A DNA stretch of 64,000 bases from Paenirhodobacter sp. (GTDB lineage: Bacteria > Pseudomonadota > Alphaproteobacteria > Rhodobacterales > Rhodobacteraceae). The position numbers and the translations under genes are program-made. The stretch spans positions 26,053 to 90,052 of the forward strand of contig NZ_JAYRZN010000011.1 in NCBI RefSeq assembly GCF_041916475.1, in the 5' to 3' direction. Shown here one piece after another: positions 50,370-61,290 of the stretch. Each line of letters starts with the position of its first letter. Positions within the stretch are counted from its first letter, which is position 1. The notes below the pieces were generated by a model that was not told the DNA's origin, did not search any database, and saw only the letters and a program-made list of their open reading frames with translations.

Positions 50370-51545
50370 ATGAGCCTTTCCCCCGATTTCGACGAAATCA
50401 TAGACCGGGTCGGCACCCATTCGTCCAAATGGGACGAGATGGAGCGGATCTATGGCGTCAGCCCGCGGGACGGCATTCCGATGTGGGTCGCGGATATGGA
50501 TTTCCGCCCGCCCACCTGCGTGCAGGCGGCGCTGGAGGCGATGGTGGCGCGCGGGGTCTATGGCTACTGGGGCGACAGCGCCGCGTATCTGGAGGCGGTG
50601 CGCTGGTGGATGGCGCAGCGGCACGGCTGGCAGGTTGAGATCGACTGGATCCTCACCACGCATGGGCTGGTGAACGGCACCGGGATCTGTGTGGATGCCT
50701 TCACCCGGCCGGGCGACGGGGTGGTGCTGATGACGCCGGTCTATCATGCCTTCGCACGGGTGATCCGGGCGGCCGGGCGCCGGGTGGTGGAATGCCCGCT
50801 GAAGCTCGTGGATGGCCGCTACGAGATGGATTTCGAGACCTGGGACGAGATCGTGGACAGCTCCGCCCGGATGCTGATCCTGTGCTCGCCGCACAACCCC
50901 GGCGGCCGGGTCTGGACGGAGGACGAGCTCAAGCGCGTGGCCGATTTCGCGCGGCGCCACGATCTGCTGCTGGTCTCCGACGAGATCCACCACGATCTGG
51001 TGATGCCAGGGCACCGGCACCTGCCGATGGCGACGGTGACCGACCTGCCGGTGGTGACGATGACGGCCACGACCAAAACCTTCAACATCGCGGGCGGCCA
51101 TACCGGCAATGTGATCATCGGCGATCCGGCGCTGCGCGCGGCGTTCATGGGGCGGATGGCGGCGCTCGGGCTTTCGCCCAACAGCTTCGGGCTGACCATG
51201 GCCAGCGCCGCCTACAGCCCCGAGGGCGCGGCCTGGGTGGATGCGCTCACCGCCTATCTGGACGGGAACCGGCGGCTCTTCGAGGCGGGGGTGAGTGCGA
51301 TCCCGGGGCTGCGGGCGATGCCGTTGGAGGCGACCTATCTGGCCTGGGTGGATTTCCGCGGCACCGGGATGGAGCAGGCGGAATTCACCGCGCGGGTGGA
51401 GCGGGAGGCGAAAATCGCGGCGAATCACGGCCCGACCTTCGGCGCGGGCGGCGAGGGCTGGCTGCGCTTCAACCTGGCGACGCCGCGGGCGCGAATCGAA
51501 GAGGCGGTCGTGCGCCTGACCCGCGCCTTCGGCGACCTGCAATAA
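50370..51545 (+). CDS. MalY/PatB family PLP-dependent C-S lyase/aminotransferase
   Basis: MWVADMDF, CSPHNPGG, SDEIHHD, TKTFN, YLAWVD. Confidence 0.9.
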   Translation: MSLSPDFDEIIDRVGTHSSKWDEMERIYGVSPRDGIPMWVADMDFRPPTCVQAALEAMVARGVYGYWGDSAAYLEAVRWWMAQRHGWQVEIDWILTTHGLVNGTGICVDAFTRPGDGVVLMTPVYHAFARVIRAAGRRVVECPLKLVDGRYEMDFETWDEIVDSSARMLILCSPHNPGGRVWTEDELKRVADFARRHDLLLVSDEIHHDLVMPGHRHLPMATVTDLPVVTMTATTKTFNIAGGHTGNVIIGDPALRAAFMGRMAALGLSPNSFGLTMASAAYSPEGAAWVDALTAYLDGNRRLFEAGVSAIPGLRAMPLEATYLAWVDFRGTGMEQAEFTARVEREAKIAANHGPTFGAGGEGWLRFNLATPRARIEEAVVRLTRAFGDLQ

Positions 51546-51644
51546 GATCCGGGGGCGGCGCTGCGCCGCCCCCGATTCCCCGCCCGGAGCAGGCCAAGCA
51601 GCCTTGGTGCGACGAAAGTTCGATCTTTTGCGACATCTTTTTTC

Positions 51645-51722
51645 TTGCAGTGCGCGCGGCACAGGCGTAATTGCGGCAGCGGGACACCTCTTCCCAACAA
51701 GAGGCGTTTATCTGAAAGGATA
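51645..51722 (+). promoter_or_regulatory. serC promoter and structured leader (possible serC leader RNA)
   Basis: TTGCAG-N17-TAATTG; hairpin GACACCTCTT/AAGAGGCGTT (51683-51708); TATC/GATA hairpin over the AAGGA SD. Confidence 0.5.
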
Positions 51723-51728
51723 CCAGTC

Positions 51729-52883
51729 ATGGCGACCCCCGCACCGGCTACGCGTCCGGCCAATCCGCGTTTTTCTTCGGGCCCCTGCGCGAAGATCCCC
51801 GGCTTCACCCTCGACATGCTCGCAGATGCGCCGCTCGGCCGTTCGCACCGCGCTGCCGTTGGCAAGGCGAAGCTGAAAGAGGCAATCGACCTCACCCGTG
51901 AAATTCTGGGCGTTCCGGCGGATTACCGCATCGGCATCGTCCCCGCCTCGGATACCGGCGCCGTCGAAATGGCGCTCTGGTCGCTCCTTGGCGCCCGCAA
52001 GGTCACCATGTGTGCCTGGGAATCCTTCGGCTCCGGCTGGGTCACCGATGTGGTGAAGCAGCTCAAGATCGACGCCGAGGTCAAGGAAGCCGCCTATGGC
52101 GACATCGTCGATTTCAAGACGGTCGATTTCAACACCGACGTCGTCTTTACCTGGAACGGCACCACGTCGGGTGTGCGCGTCGCCAACGGCGACGACATCC
52201 CGGCGGACCGCGACGGCCTGACCATCTGCGACGCGACCAGCGCCGCCTTCGCGATGGATCTGCCCTGGGACAAGCTCGACGTCACCACCTTCTCCTGGCA
52301 GAAGGTGCTGGGCGGCGAGGGCGGCCATGGCGTGCTGATCCTGTCGCCCCGCGCTGTCGAGCGGCTGGAAACCTACAAGCCCGCATGGCCGCTGCCGAAG
52401 ATCTTCCGCATGACCAAGGCGGGCAAGCTGATCGAGGGCATCTTCGTCGGCGAGACCATCAACACCCCGTCGATGCTCTGCGTCGAGGATTACCTCGTCG
52501 CCCTGAAATGGGCGCAGACGATCGGCGGGCTGAAGGGCCTGATCGCGCGGGCCGAAGGCAACGCCAAGGTGGTGAAGGATTTCGTGGATGCGAAGCCCTG
52601 GATCGCCAATCTGGCCAACACGCCGGCCAATGCATCGTGCACTTCGGTCTGCCTGAAGTTTACCGATGCGCGGATCAAGGACGGCGCGGCCTTTGCCAAG
52701 GCGATCGCGAAGCGGCTTGAGAAGGAAGGCGTGGCGCTTGATGCCGGTGCCTATCGCGATGCCCCGGCCGGTCTGCGGATCTGGTGCGGTTCCACCATCG
52801 AGAAGGCCGATGTCGCGGCGCTGATGCCCTGGATCGAATATGCCTTCGAGGCCGAGATTGCGGCGCAGGCCGAACTCGCCTGA
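51729..52883 (+). CDS. serC: Phosphoserine aminotransferase (alphaproteobacterial type)
   Basis: [35 protein letters not shown]. Confidence 0.95.
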   Translation: MATPAPATRPANPRFSSGPCAKIPGFTLDMLADAPLGRSHRAAVGKAKLKEAIDLTREILGVPADYRIGIVPASDTGAVEMALWSLLGARKVTMCAWESFGSGWVTDVVKQLKIDAEVKEAAYGDIVDFKTVDFNTDVVFTWNGTTSGVRVANGDDIPADRDGLTICDATSAAFAMDLPWDKLDVTTFSWQKVLGGEGGHGVLILSPRAVERLETYKPAWPLPKIFRMTKAGKLIEGIFVGETINTPSMLCVEDYLVALKWAQTIGGLKGLIARAEGNAKVVKDFVDAKPWIANLANTPANASCTSVCLKFTDARIKDGAAFAKAIAKRLEKEGVALDAGAYRDAPAGLRIWCGSTIEKADVAALMPWIEYAFEAEIAAQAELA

Positions 52884-52953
52884 TCTGTGAAAGCGCGGCG
52901 GGCCCCCGGCGGGCCTGCCCTTTTCCCCGATACCCCCATTCAGGAGCCCCATC

Positions 52954-54549
52954 ATGGCCCCCAAGGTTCTCATTTCCGACGAACTCTCCGACGCCGCCGT
53001 CCAGATCTTCCGTGATCGCGGGATCGAGGTCGATTTCCAGCCGAAGCTCGGCAAGGACAAGGACAAGCTGGCCGAGATCATCGGCAACTACGACGGCCTC
53101 GCGATCCGTTCGGCCACCAAGGTGACCGAGAAACTGCTGGAGCAGGCGACCAACCTCAAGGTCGTCGGCCGCGCCGGGATCGGCGTTGACAATGTCGACA
53201 AGGAAGCGGCCTCGAAGCGCGGCGTGATCGTGATGAACACGCCCTTCGGCAACATGATCACCACCGCCGAACATGCGATCGCGATGATGTTCGCGGTGGC
53301 GCGGCAGATCCCCGAAGCCTCGGCCTCCACCCATGCCGGCAAATGGGAGAAATCCAAGTTCATGGGCGTCGAGCTGACGGCCAAGGTGCTGGGCGTGATC
53401 GGCGCGGGCAATATCGGCGGCATCGTCTGCGACCGGGCCAAGGGCCTGAAGATGAAGGTCATCGCCTATGATCCCTTCATGTCGCAGGAAAAGGCCGACA
53501 AGATGGGCGTGGAGAAGGTGGAACTCGACGAGCTGCTGAAGCGCGCCGATTTCATCACCCTGCACGTGCCGCTCACCGACCAGACCCGCAACATCCTGAG
53601 CCGCGAGAACCTGGAAAAGACCAAGCCCGGCGTGCGGATCATCAACTGTGCCCGCGGCGGCCTGGTGGATGAGGTGGCGCTGGCCGACCTGCTGAAATCC
53701 GGCCATGTGGCGGGCGCGGCGCTCGACGTGTTCTCGGTGGAACCGGCGACGGAGAACGTGCTGTTCAACCTGCCGAACGTGGTTTGCACCCCGCACCTCG
53801 GCGCCTCGACCAGCGAAGCGCAGGAGAATGTGGCGCTGCAGGTGGCCGAGCAGATGTCGAACTACCTGCTCGACGGGGCGGTGGAAAACGCGCTGAACAT
53901 GCCCTCGATGACCGCCGAAGAGGCGAAGGTCATGGGCCCCTGGGTGAAGCTCGCGGAATATCTCGGCGCTTTCGTCGGCCAGATGACCGACGAGCCGATC
54001 ATCGCGATCAACGTCACCTATGACGGCACCGTCTCGAAGATGAACCTGAAGGCGCTGGATTGCGCGGTGATCGCCGGCATCCTGAAGCGGGTGAACCCGG
54101 ATGTGAACATGGTCTCGGCCCCGGTCATTGCCAAGGAACGCGGGATCCAGATCTCCACCACGACGCAGGACAAGACGGGCGTGTTCGACGGCTATATCAA
54201 GGTCACCGTCGTCACCGATCTGCGCGAACGCGCCGTGGCGGGCACCTGCTTCTCGGATGGCAAGCCGCGCTTCATCCAGATCAAGGGCATCAACATCGAC
54301 GCCGAAGTCGGCCCGCACATGCTGTATACGACCAACAAGGACGTGCCCGGCATCATCGGCAAGCTCGGCACCCTGCTTGGCGAGAACAGCGTGAACCTCG
54401 CGAACTTCACCCTTGGCCGGGCGGCTGCGGGCGGCGAGGCGATTGCCATCGCCTATCTCGATGAGCCGCTGCCTGTCGCGGTTGTGAACGCGCTCGAGGC
54501 CACTGGCCTGTTCCAGCAGGTGAAACCGCTGGAATTCGCCGTCGCCTGA
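52954..54549 (+). CDS. serA: D-3-phosphoglycerate dehydrogenase
   Basis: GRAGIGVDN, GAGNIG, NCARGG, TPHLGAST, C-terminal ACT domain. Confidence 0.97.
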   Translation: MAPKVLISDELSDAAVQIFRDRGIEVDFQPKLGKDKDKLAEIIGNYDGLAIRSATKVTEKLLEQATNLKVVGRAGIGVDNVDKEAASKRGVIVMNTPFGNMITTAEHAIAMMFAVARQIPEASASTHAGKWEKSKFMGVELTAKVLGVIGAGNIGGIVCDRAKGLKMKVIAYDPFMSQEKADKMGVEKVELDELLKRADFITLHVPLTDQTRNILSRENLEKTKPGVRIINCARGGLVDEVALADLLKSGHVAGAALDVFSVEPATENVLFNLPNVVCTPHLGASTSEAQENVALQVAEQMSNYLLDGAVENALNMPSMTAEEAKVMGPWVKLAEYLGAFVGQMTDEPIIAINVTYDGTVSKMNLKALDCAVIAGILKRVNPDVNMVSAPVIAKERGIQISTTTQDKTGVFDGYIKVTVVTDLRERAVAGTCFSDGKPRFIQIKGINIDAEVGPHMLYTTNKDVPGIIGKLGTLLGENSVNLANFTLGRAAAGGEAIAIAYLDEPLPVAVVNALEATGLFQQVKPLEFAVA

Positions 54550-54618
54550 GGTACACAGGCGGGTGTTATTCCCGGGCCTCCTGCCGCGGCGGGGGGCCCT
54601 TTGCTTTGGGAGATCTGC

Positions 54619-55353
54619 ATGCGCGCCTATGCGGTTGGCGACATTCACGGCCATATCGACCTTCTGAAAACGGCACAGGCCCTGGTGGCCGAGGACAGGG
54701 CGCGGGAAGGCGATGCCACGGCGCCCTTGGTGCATGTGGGCGATCTGGTGGACCGGGGCCCGAATTCGCGTGCGGTCGTGGAGCATCTGATGGCGGGGCA
54801 GCAGCGGGGCGAGCCCTGGGTGGTGCTGAAGGGCAACCACGACCGCATGTTCTCGATGTTCCTCGACGATCCCTATGCACATGATCCGATGCTGACGCGC
54901 GAACTGGAATGGCTGCATCCCCGGCTCGGGGGCGCGATGACGCTCGCCTCTTATGGCGTGCGCAATGCCGAGGAGCGCCTGCGCGAGGAGGTTCATGCCG
55001 AGGCGCTTGCGGCCGTGCCGGAGGCCGCGCGCCGCTGGATCGCGGCACTGCCCACGCATTTCCTGCATGGTGAGGCACTGTTCGTCCATGCCGGGATCCG
55101 GCCCGGGATCGACCTGCGCCATCAGGTCGAGGACGACCTGACCTGGATCCGCAAGGGCTTCCTCGAGGACGAGCGCGACCATGGCGTTCTGGTGGTGCAT
55201 GGCCATACCGCCATCGACAAGGTGACCCATTACGGCAACCGGCTGAACATGGATTCGAGCGCGGCCTATGGCGGCCCGGTCTCTGCCGCGGTGATCGAGG
55301 GGCGCGACGCCTGGCTGCTGACCCCCGCGGGCCGGGTGCCGCTGCGGCCGTAA
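54619..55353 (+). CDS. Metallophosphoesterase (PrpA/ApaH-like)
   Basis: [24 protein letters not shown]. Confidence 0.9.
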   Translation: MRAYAVGDIHGHIDLLKTAQALVAEDRAREGDATAPLVHVGDLVDRGPNSRAVVEHLMAGQQRGEPWVVLKGNHDRMFSMFLDDPYAHDPMLTRELEWLHPRLGGAMTLASYGVRNAEERLREEVHAEALAAVPEAARRWIAALPTHFLHGEALFVHAGIRPGIDLRHQVEDDLTWIRKGFLEDERDHGVLVVHGHTAIDKVTHYGNRLNMDSSAAYGGPVSAAVIEGRDAWLLTPAGRVPLRP

Positions 55354-55441
55354 CGTCCCGTCACTTGCCCGAGCGGCAACTCGCGCCCCGATCCGCGGTT
55401 TGCTAGGCTTGCCCCCGCAATTCCGGAGCAAGGGGGGAACC

Positions 55442-56617
55442 ATGACCGGCATCGTCATCCTGTCGGGCGCGCGCACGGCAATCGGGACTTTCGGGGGCAG
55501 CCTTGCGGGCTTCCGGCCGATCGAGCTTGCCACGTTCGCCGCCCGTGCCGCCATCGCGCGCGCGGGGCTCCCGGCCGAAAGAATCGGGCAGGTCGTCTTT
55601 GGTCATGTGCTGAACACCGAGCCGCGCGACATGTATCTGAGCCGGGTCGCGGCGGTGGAGGCGGGGGTGCCGGTGGGGACGCCGGCGATGAACGTGAACC
55701 GGCTTTGCGGCTCGGGCGCACAGGCGATCGTCTCGGCCACGCAGGCGCTGATGCTGGGCGACGCGGATTTTGCGCTCGCAGGCGGGGCCGAATGCATGAG
55801 CCGCGCGCCCTATATCCTGCCGCAGGCGCGATTCGGCCAGAAGATGGGCGATGCTTCGGCCATAGACATGATGACGGGCGCGCTGACCTGCCCGTTCGGT
55901 ACTGGGCACATGGGGGTGACGGCGGAGAATGTCGCCCGCGAGAACGCCATCAGCCGCGAGGATCAGGACGCATTCGCGCTGGAAAGCCAGGCCCGGGCCG
56001 CGGCGGCGATTGCGGCGGGCGCGTTCCGCGACGAGATCGTGCCGGTGGAGATCGTGACGCGGAAGGGCGCTGTGATGTTCGACACCGATGAGCATCCGCG
56101 CGCGACCTCTGCCGAGGCGCTGGCCGGGCTGAAGCCGGTGTTTCAGAAGGGCGGGTCGGTCACGGCGGGCAATGCTTCGGGCATCAACGACGGGGCGGCG
56201 GCGCTGGTTCTGGCGCGGGCGGAGGCGGCGGAGGCCGCAGGCCTGGTGCCGCGGGCACGGATCCTGGGCTATGCGGTGGCCGGGGTGCGGCCGGAGGTGA
56301 TGGGGATCGGCCCGATCCCCGCCGTGCAGGCGCTTTGCGCCCGAATCGGCAAGGCACCGGGCGATTTCGACGTGATCGAATCGAACGAGGCCTTTGCCGC
56401 GCAGGCGCTTGCCGTGTCGCGCGGGCTGGGTCTGGATCCGGCGAAGGTGAACCCGAATGGCGGCGCGATCGCGCTTGGCCACCCGATCGGGGCCACCGGC
56501 GCGGTTCTCACGGTGAAGGCGCTCTATCATCTGGAACGGACCGGCGGGCGGCTCGGGCTGATCACGATGTGCATCGGCGGCGGCCAAGGCATCGCCATCG
56601 CCATCGAGCGGGCCTGA
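55442..56617 (+). CDS. Acetyl-CoA C-acyltransferase (thiolase, BktB-like)
   Basis: [29 protein letters not shown]. Confidence 0.95.
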   Translation: MTGIVILSGARTAIGTFGGSLAGFRPIELATFAARAAIARAGLPAERIGQVVFGHVLNTEPRDMYLSRVAAVEAGVPVGTPAMNVNRLCGSGAQAIVSATQALMLGDADFALAGGAECMSRAPYILPQARFGQKMGDASAIDMMTGALTCPFGTGHMGVTAENVARENAISREDQDAFALESQARAAAAIAAGAFRDEIVPVEIVTRKGAVMFDTDEHPRATSAEALAGLKPVFQKGGSVTAGNASGINDGAAALVLARAEAAEAAGLVPRARILGYAVAGVRPEVMGIGPIPAVQALCARIGKAPGDFDVIESNEAFAAQALAVSRGLGLDPAKVNPNGGAIALGHPIGATGAVLTVKALYHLERTGGRLGLITMCIGGGQGIAIAIERA

Positions 56618-56627
56618 AACGGCCCCC

Positions 56628-57488
56628 TCAGCGGAAGCTGCGGGGGTCGAAGGCGACCGGGATCACGAAGCTGCGCCGCGACATGCCGGGCGGCGGCGGG
56701 GGCACCGGCGAGGCGCGGCGCACGGTCGCGACGGCATTGTCGTCGAGCTCGGGCATGCCTGAGCTTTGCGCCAGCGCGACCGAGAGCACATTGCCCGAAT
56801 CGTCGATGCTGAAGCGCACCTTCACCACGCCCGCATTGCGGTCCGGCGTCGCGCGCACCTTGCTGCGGTAGCGCTGCAGATGGGCCTGCAGGCGCGAGAC
56901 CCAGCGGGGATCCGTGGCCGCGCCGCTCGCGCCTTCGCGCGCCTGCGAGGCGTTGCGATCAGATTTCTGCACCTCGGCTGCGGCCCGGTTCTGTGCGACG
57001 GAGGGCGGCGGCTCGCGCCGTTTCCTGTGCTCGCGCTTCTCGTCTTTCGGCGGCTCGGGCCGTTCGGCTTTCTCCGGCCGCGGGCGCGGCTCCGGGCGGA
57101 CCTTGGTTAGGGCGACGGCGGCTTCTGTCACCGGCTCCTCGTATTCCTGCACCGGCTCTGGCTCCGGCAGGGGCTCGGGGAGCGGCGGGGGTGTGTCCTC
57201 GGTAAGCTCCTCTGGTATTGGCTCCGGCTCCGGTTCGGAGGCCTTCACCTCGGCGGCGTCCCGAAGATTGTCGGCGATATTGGTCTGATCGGTGTTCACG
57301 GCCTCGGGCATCGGCGCGAGCTCCAGCATCAGCGCGGGAGCCGCCGCGGCATCCTGCGCCTGCGGTACCGGGCGCAGCAGATAGGCCGCCCCGGCCCCAT
57401 GCGCGCCGATCACGGCGAGGGTGGCGAGCGTCCATGTCGCCACGCCGCCGAAGCGCAGGCTCCGCGCTTCATCGAGCCAGGGGTTCAT
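56628..57488 (-). CDS. tonB: TonB family energy transducer
   Basis: N-terminal TM with His, EP/KP-rich linker, C-terminal V.FSID..G.V..V.L..SSG...LD..A..VRRA.P.PPPP. Confidence 0.85.
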   Translation of the reverse strand: MNPWLDEARSLRFGGVATWTLATLAVIGAHGAGAAYLLRPVPQAQDAAAAPALMLELAPMPEAVNTDQTNIADNLRDAAEVKASEPEPEPIPEELTEDTPPPLPEPLPEPEPVQEYEEPVTEAAVALTKVRPEPRPRPEKAERPEPPKDEKREHRKRREPPPSVAQNRAAAEVQKSDRNASQAREGASGAATDPRWVSRLQAHLQRYRSKVRATPDRNAGVVKVRFSIDDSGNVLSVALAQSSGMPELDDNAVATVRRASPVPPPPPGMSRRSFVIPVAFDPRSFR

Positions 57489-57925
57489 TGCGCGGTCGCC
57501 CCCGGCGCGACCTCGAGGCCGACCAGCGCGACCTTCAGGTATCCGGACGCGCGCAGCAGGTTCAGCGTGTCGGTCAGGCTGCCGTAATCCACGCTCTTGT
57601 CGGCGCGCAGGAAGATCCGGGTCTCGCGGTCTCCCTCGGTCACGGCATTGAGGGCCGCGCCGAGGCCATCGGCCGCGACGATGGTTTCGCCCACGGCCAA
57701 GGTATGGTCCGCCTTCAGTGTGAGCCAGAGCGGCTTGTCGGGGCGCTCGGCGGGCGTCGCGGTGGAGCCCGGCAGGTCCACGTTCATGTCCACCGTCGCG
57801 AGCGGCGCCGCCACCATGAAGATGATGAGCAGCACAAGCATCACATCGATGAACGGGGTGACGTTGATCTCGCTGTTTTCCTCGGTATCGAGACCGTCAG
57901 AGCCCTGTCTGATTCCACCCGCCAT
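57485..57925 (-). CDS. exbD: Biopolymer transport protein ExbD
   Basis: [28 protein letters not shown]. Confidence 0.93.
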   Translation of the reverse strand: MAGGIRQGSDGLDTEENSEINVTPFIDVMLVLLIIFMVAAPLATVDMNVDLPGSTATPAERPDKPLWLTLKADHTLAVGETIVAADGLGAALNAVTEGDRETRIFLRADKSVDYGSLTDTLNLLRASGYLKVALVGLEVAPGATAQ

Positions 57926-57931
57926 GGCCGG

Positions 57932-59056
<1,125 letters not shown>

Positions 59057-59281
59057 CGGTCTGGCATCTTCCCGTTGTTCGGTGCGGCCGAGAACTCGGT
59101 GCCGCACATGGCGCCTGACATGCGGGGCTGAACCGGCCAAAGGGTGGGGTCGCCTGCAGACATGCGCGTCATCGACATCAAACGGCTCGTATTCCATCCG
59201 GGGAGGGAAACTGGCTGATGGACTGCTTATCGCGAAGTCATGGGCGTGGCGCAAGGCTTCAGCAGGAGGCTGAGGCAAATT

Positions 59282-59298
59282 TCTGACAATATATGTCG
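59282..59298. promoter_or_regulatory. Probable Iron-Rhodo/RirA-type box upstream of exbBD-tonB
   Basis: CTGACAATATATGTCGG = TGA-N9-TCG with inner C/G pair, one mismatch from TGA-N9-TCA. Confidence 0.5.
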
Positions 59299-59319
59299 GA
59301 TTTCTCTGCGGCGGGGGCC

Positions 59320-60495
59320 TCAGGGGGTGCCTGAAGCCGATTCGGGCTGCTGCGGTGCTTCGGTGACGATTTCCCGCTGCCATTCGCGCCAGATCGTCAC
59401 GAGAAGCGCCATCAGCACCGGCCCGACGAACAGCCCGACGATTCCGAGCGTTTTGACCCCACCAACCAGGCCAAACAGGGTGGGCAGGAACGGCAGCTTC
59501 ACCGGCCCGCCGACCAGCACGGGGCGAATGGTTTTGTCGACGGTGAACAGCTCGACCGTGCCCCAGACGAACAGGGCGATCCCGGCGACGGTCTGGCCAT
59601 TGGCCATCAGATAGACCGAGACCAGCGTGAACGAGAGCGGCGCGCCGCCCGGAATGAGCGCCATGAAGCCGGTGATGACCCCGAGCGTGACCGGCGAGGG
59701 TGCCCCGGCGAGCCAGTAGGCGATGCCCAGCACCACGCCTTCGCCGATGGCGATCAGGGTCATGCCGGTCACGGTGGCGGAGATCGTGGCGGGGACCACG
59801 CGCGACAGCCGCTCCCAGCGGGTGGGCAGGATGCGCAGGCCGACCCGGTCGATCTGCGCGGCGATCTTTTCGCCGTCGCGGTAGAGCACGAACAGGGTGA
59901 TCAGCATGAACAGCAGCGTCAGCGCCAGATGGAAGGCCAGCGCCCCGGCGGTGAGCAGGCCGCGGTAGATCGCGCCGATGTTGGAGCCGCTGACCAGCTG
60001 CACCAGCTCGCCGATGGCGCCGGGGCGGCCGACGAATTCGACCCATTGCTGATCGATCCAGGGGCCGATGCGGGGCAGGCGGAGCATCCAGTCCGGCGTG
60101 GGCGCGCCGACGGCATTGACCTCGAAGGCCCAGCCGGTCCAGCTCTGCAGCTCGCCAAAAGCATAGACGAGCGCCATGGTGATCGGGACCACAAGGAAAC
60201 ATACGATCAGCAGGACCATCAGGATCGCGGCACCGGTGCGGCCGGAGCGCTCCACCGCCCAGTTGCGGATGGGCCAGCTGGCGAGGCAGATCACCCCTGC
60301 CGCCAGAACCGGCACCAGGAAGCCATAGAAGAAATAGATCGACGCGGCGATGATGGCGAGCAGCAGCCAGCGCGCCGCCGAGACATCGGAGATCAGCGGG
60401 CGACGGAACATCGCGCGGTGGGGCACGCGCGACAGGATATCCGGGTCGAGCTTCCTGCGCGGTTTGCCGCCGGGGGGATCCGTGTTGGTGACCAT
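59320..60495 (-). CDS. AI-2E (PerM/YdiK) family transporter; start could be 60552
   Basis: Multiple TMs, FVLYRDG, ALIPGGAP, D..IRP.LVG, GLFVGP. Confidence 0.88.
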   Translation of the reverse strand: MVTNTDPPGGKPRRKLDPDILSRVPHRAMFRRPLISDVSAARWLLLAIIAASIYFFYGFLVPVLAAGVICLASWPIRNWAVERSGRTGAAILMVLLIVCFLVVPITMALVYAFGELQSWTGWAFEVNAVGAPTPDWMLRLPRIGPWIDQQWVEFVGRPGAIGELVQLVSGSNIGAIYRGLLTAGALAFHLALTLLFMLITLFVLYRDGEKIAAQIDRVGLRILPTRWERLSRVVPATISATVTGMTLIAIGEGVVLGIAYWLAGAPSPVTLGVITGFMALIPGGAPLSFTLVSVYLMANGQTVAGIALFVWGTVELFTVDKTIRPVLVGGPVKLPFLPTLFGLVGGVKTLGIVGLFVGPVLMALLVTIWREWQREIVTEAPQQPESASGTP

Positions 60496-60610
60496 CGTGC
60501 TGTTCCAATCTGCGGTCGAGACCGCCCCCGGGGGTGGTCCCGGGGTGTTCAAAGAACCTGTGTCACGCTGGCCCTGGTGTCAACCAGCCCCCGGGCGACC
60601 TGGCCTTGCG

Positions 60611-60832
60611 TCAGGCCTTGTTTTCGTCGGCGGGTGCCGCGGCGGTGGCCTGGGCGACGGGGGATGCGATCGCGGGCGTTTCGGATTCTTCGTCTTTCAG
60701 GCCGCGTTTGAAGGCGGTCATACCCTTGCCGACTTCGCCCATCAGGCCTGCGACCTTGCCCTTGCCGAAGAGCACGAGGACCACGACGGCGATCAGAAGC
60801 AGATGCGGAAGCGCCAATCCATTGCTGAGCAT
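60611..60832 (-). CDS. tatA: Twin-arginine translocase subunit TatA/E, orphan copy (no tatB/tatC adjacent)
   Basis: LLLIAVVVLVLFG.GK..LMGEVGKG..AFK.G; SD AAGGAG 7 nt before ATG. Confidence 0.92.
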   Translation of the reverse strand: MLSNGLALPHLLLIAVVVLVLFGKGKVAGLMGEVGKGMTAFKRGLKDEESETPAIASPVAQATAAAPADENKA

Positions 60833-60840
60833 GTTCTTTC

Positions 60841-60895
60841 TCCTTGAACCATGAGGTGCCGCGCGGACGGCGCGGCGCGTGTCGGGATCAGAGGA
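60841..60895 (-). promoter_or_regulatory. Predicted mRNA stem pairing the uORF stop region with the tatA Shine-Dalgarno
   Basis: UCCUCUGAUCC (60895-60885) pairs with GGUUCAAGGA (60850-60841): 9 bp, one bulge, one U.U; encloses a 7-bp GC hairpin at 60858-60876. Confidence 0.55.
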
Positions 60896-61214
60896 TGCGG
60901 GGCGGCGCGCGCGATTCGGCCCAGGAATGGGTGCGGATGATCCGGTCCGGGCCTGCGGCGAGGTCGATCGTGGCCGGGAAATTCCGGACGAGCGGCATCA
61001 CAAGCCGAGCGGGGACGGGCAGGATCGCGGGCGGCAGGTCGTCCGGAGTGGTGGCTTTGGAAAGAAACAGACGGTCCTCGCCGCCGATCAAGGCGATGCG
61101 CTCGGCATGCGCCCAGAAGCCGGCTGCGCCGCGCTCGGGCACGAAGCTGCTCAGCAGGGCCAGAAGGCCCAGCAGGACAACCGATACACAAAGGCCCTTC
61201 GTTGCGCGCGACAT
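60888..61214 (-). CDS. 108-aa membrane-anchored leader protein ending in RAPP (candidate translation-arrest peptide)
   Basis: MSRATKGLCVSVVLLGLLALLSSFV...RIIRTHSWAESRAPPRIL*; hydrophobic residues 8-25; RAPP = residues 102-105 (60911-60900). Confidence 0.7.
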   Translation of the reverse strand: MSRATKGLCVSVVLLGLLALLSSFVPERGAAGFWAHAERIALIGGEDRLFLSKATTPDDLPPAILPVPARLVMPLVRNFPATIDLAAGPDRIIRTHSWAESRAPPRIL

Positions 61215-61220
61215 GACGGG

Positions 61221-61249
61221 AACGTGACAGCCCGCGCCCGCGCTGGCAA
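61221..61249 (-). promoter_or_regulatory. Sigma70-type promoter predicting a leaderless transcript for the RAPP ORF
   Basis: TTGCCA-N17-CACGTT-N6-ATG; no SD in front of the ATG. Confidence 0.55.
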
Positions 61250-61290
61250 GAAAAATGGTCGTGAACGGCGCAGCTGCGGCAAAGGGGCGC

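Noticed and set aside
61140-61214. Twin-arginine signal in the RAPP ORF
   Set aside because: N-terminus is MSRATKGL: a single Arg and no RRxFLK consensus.
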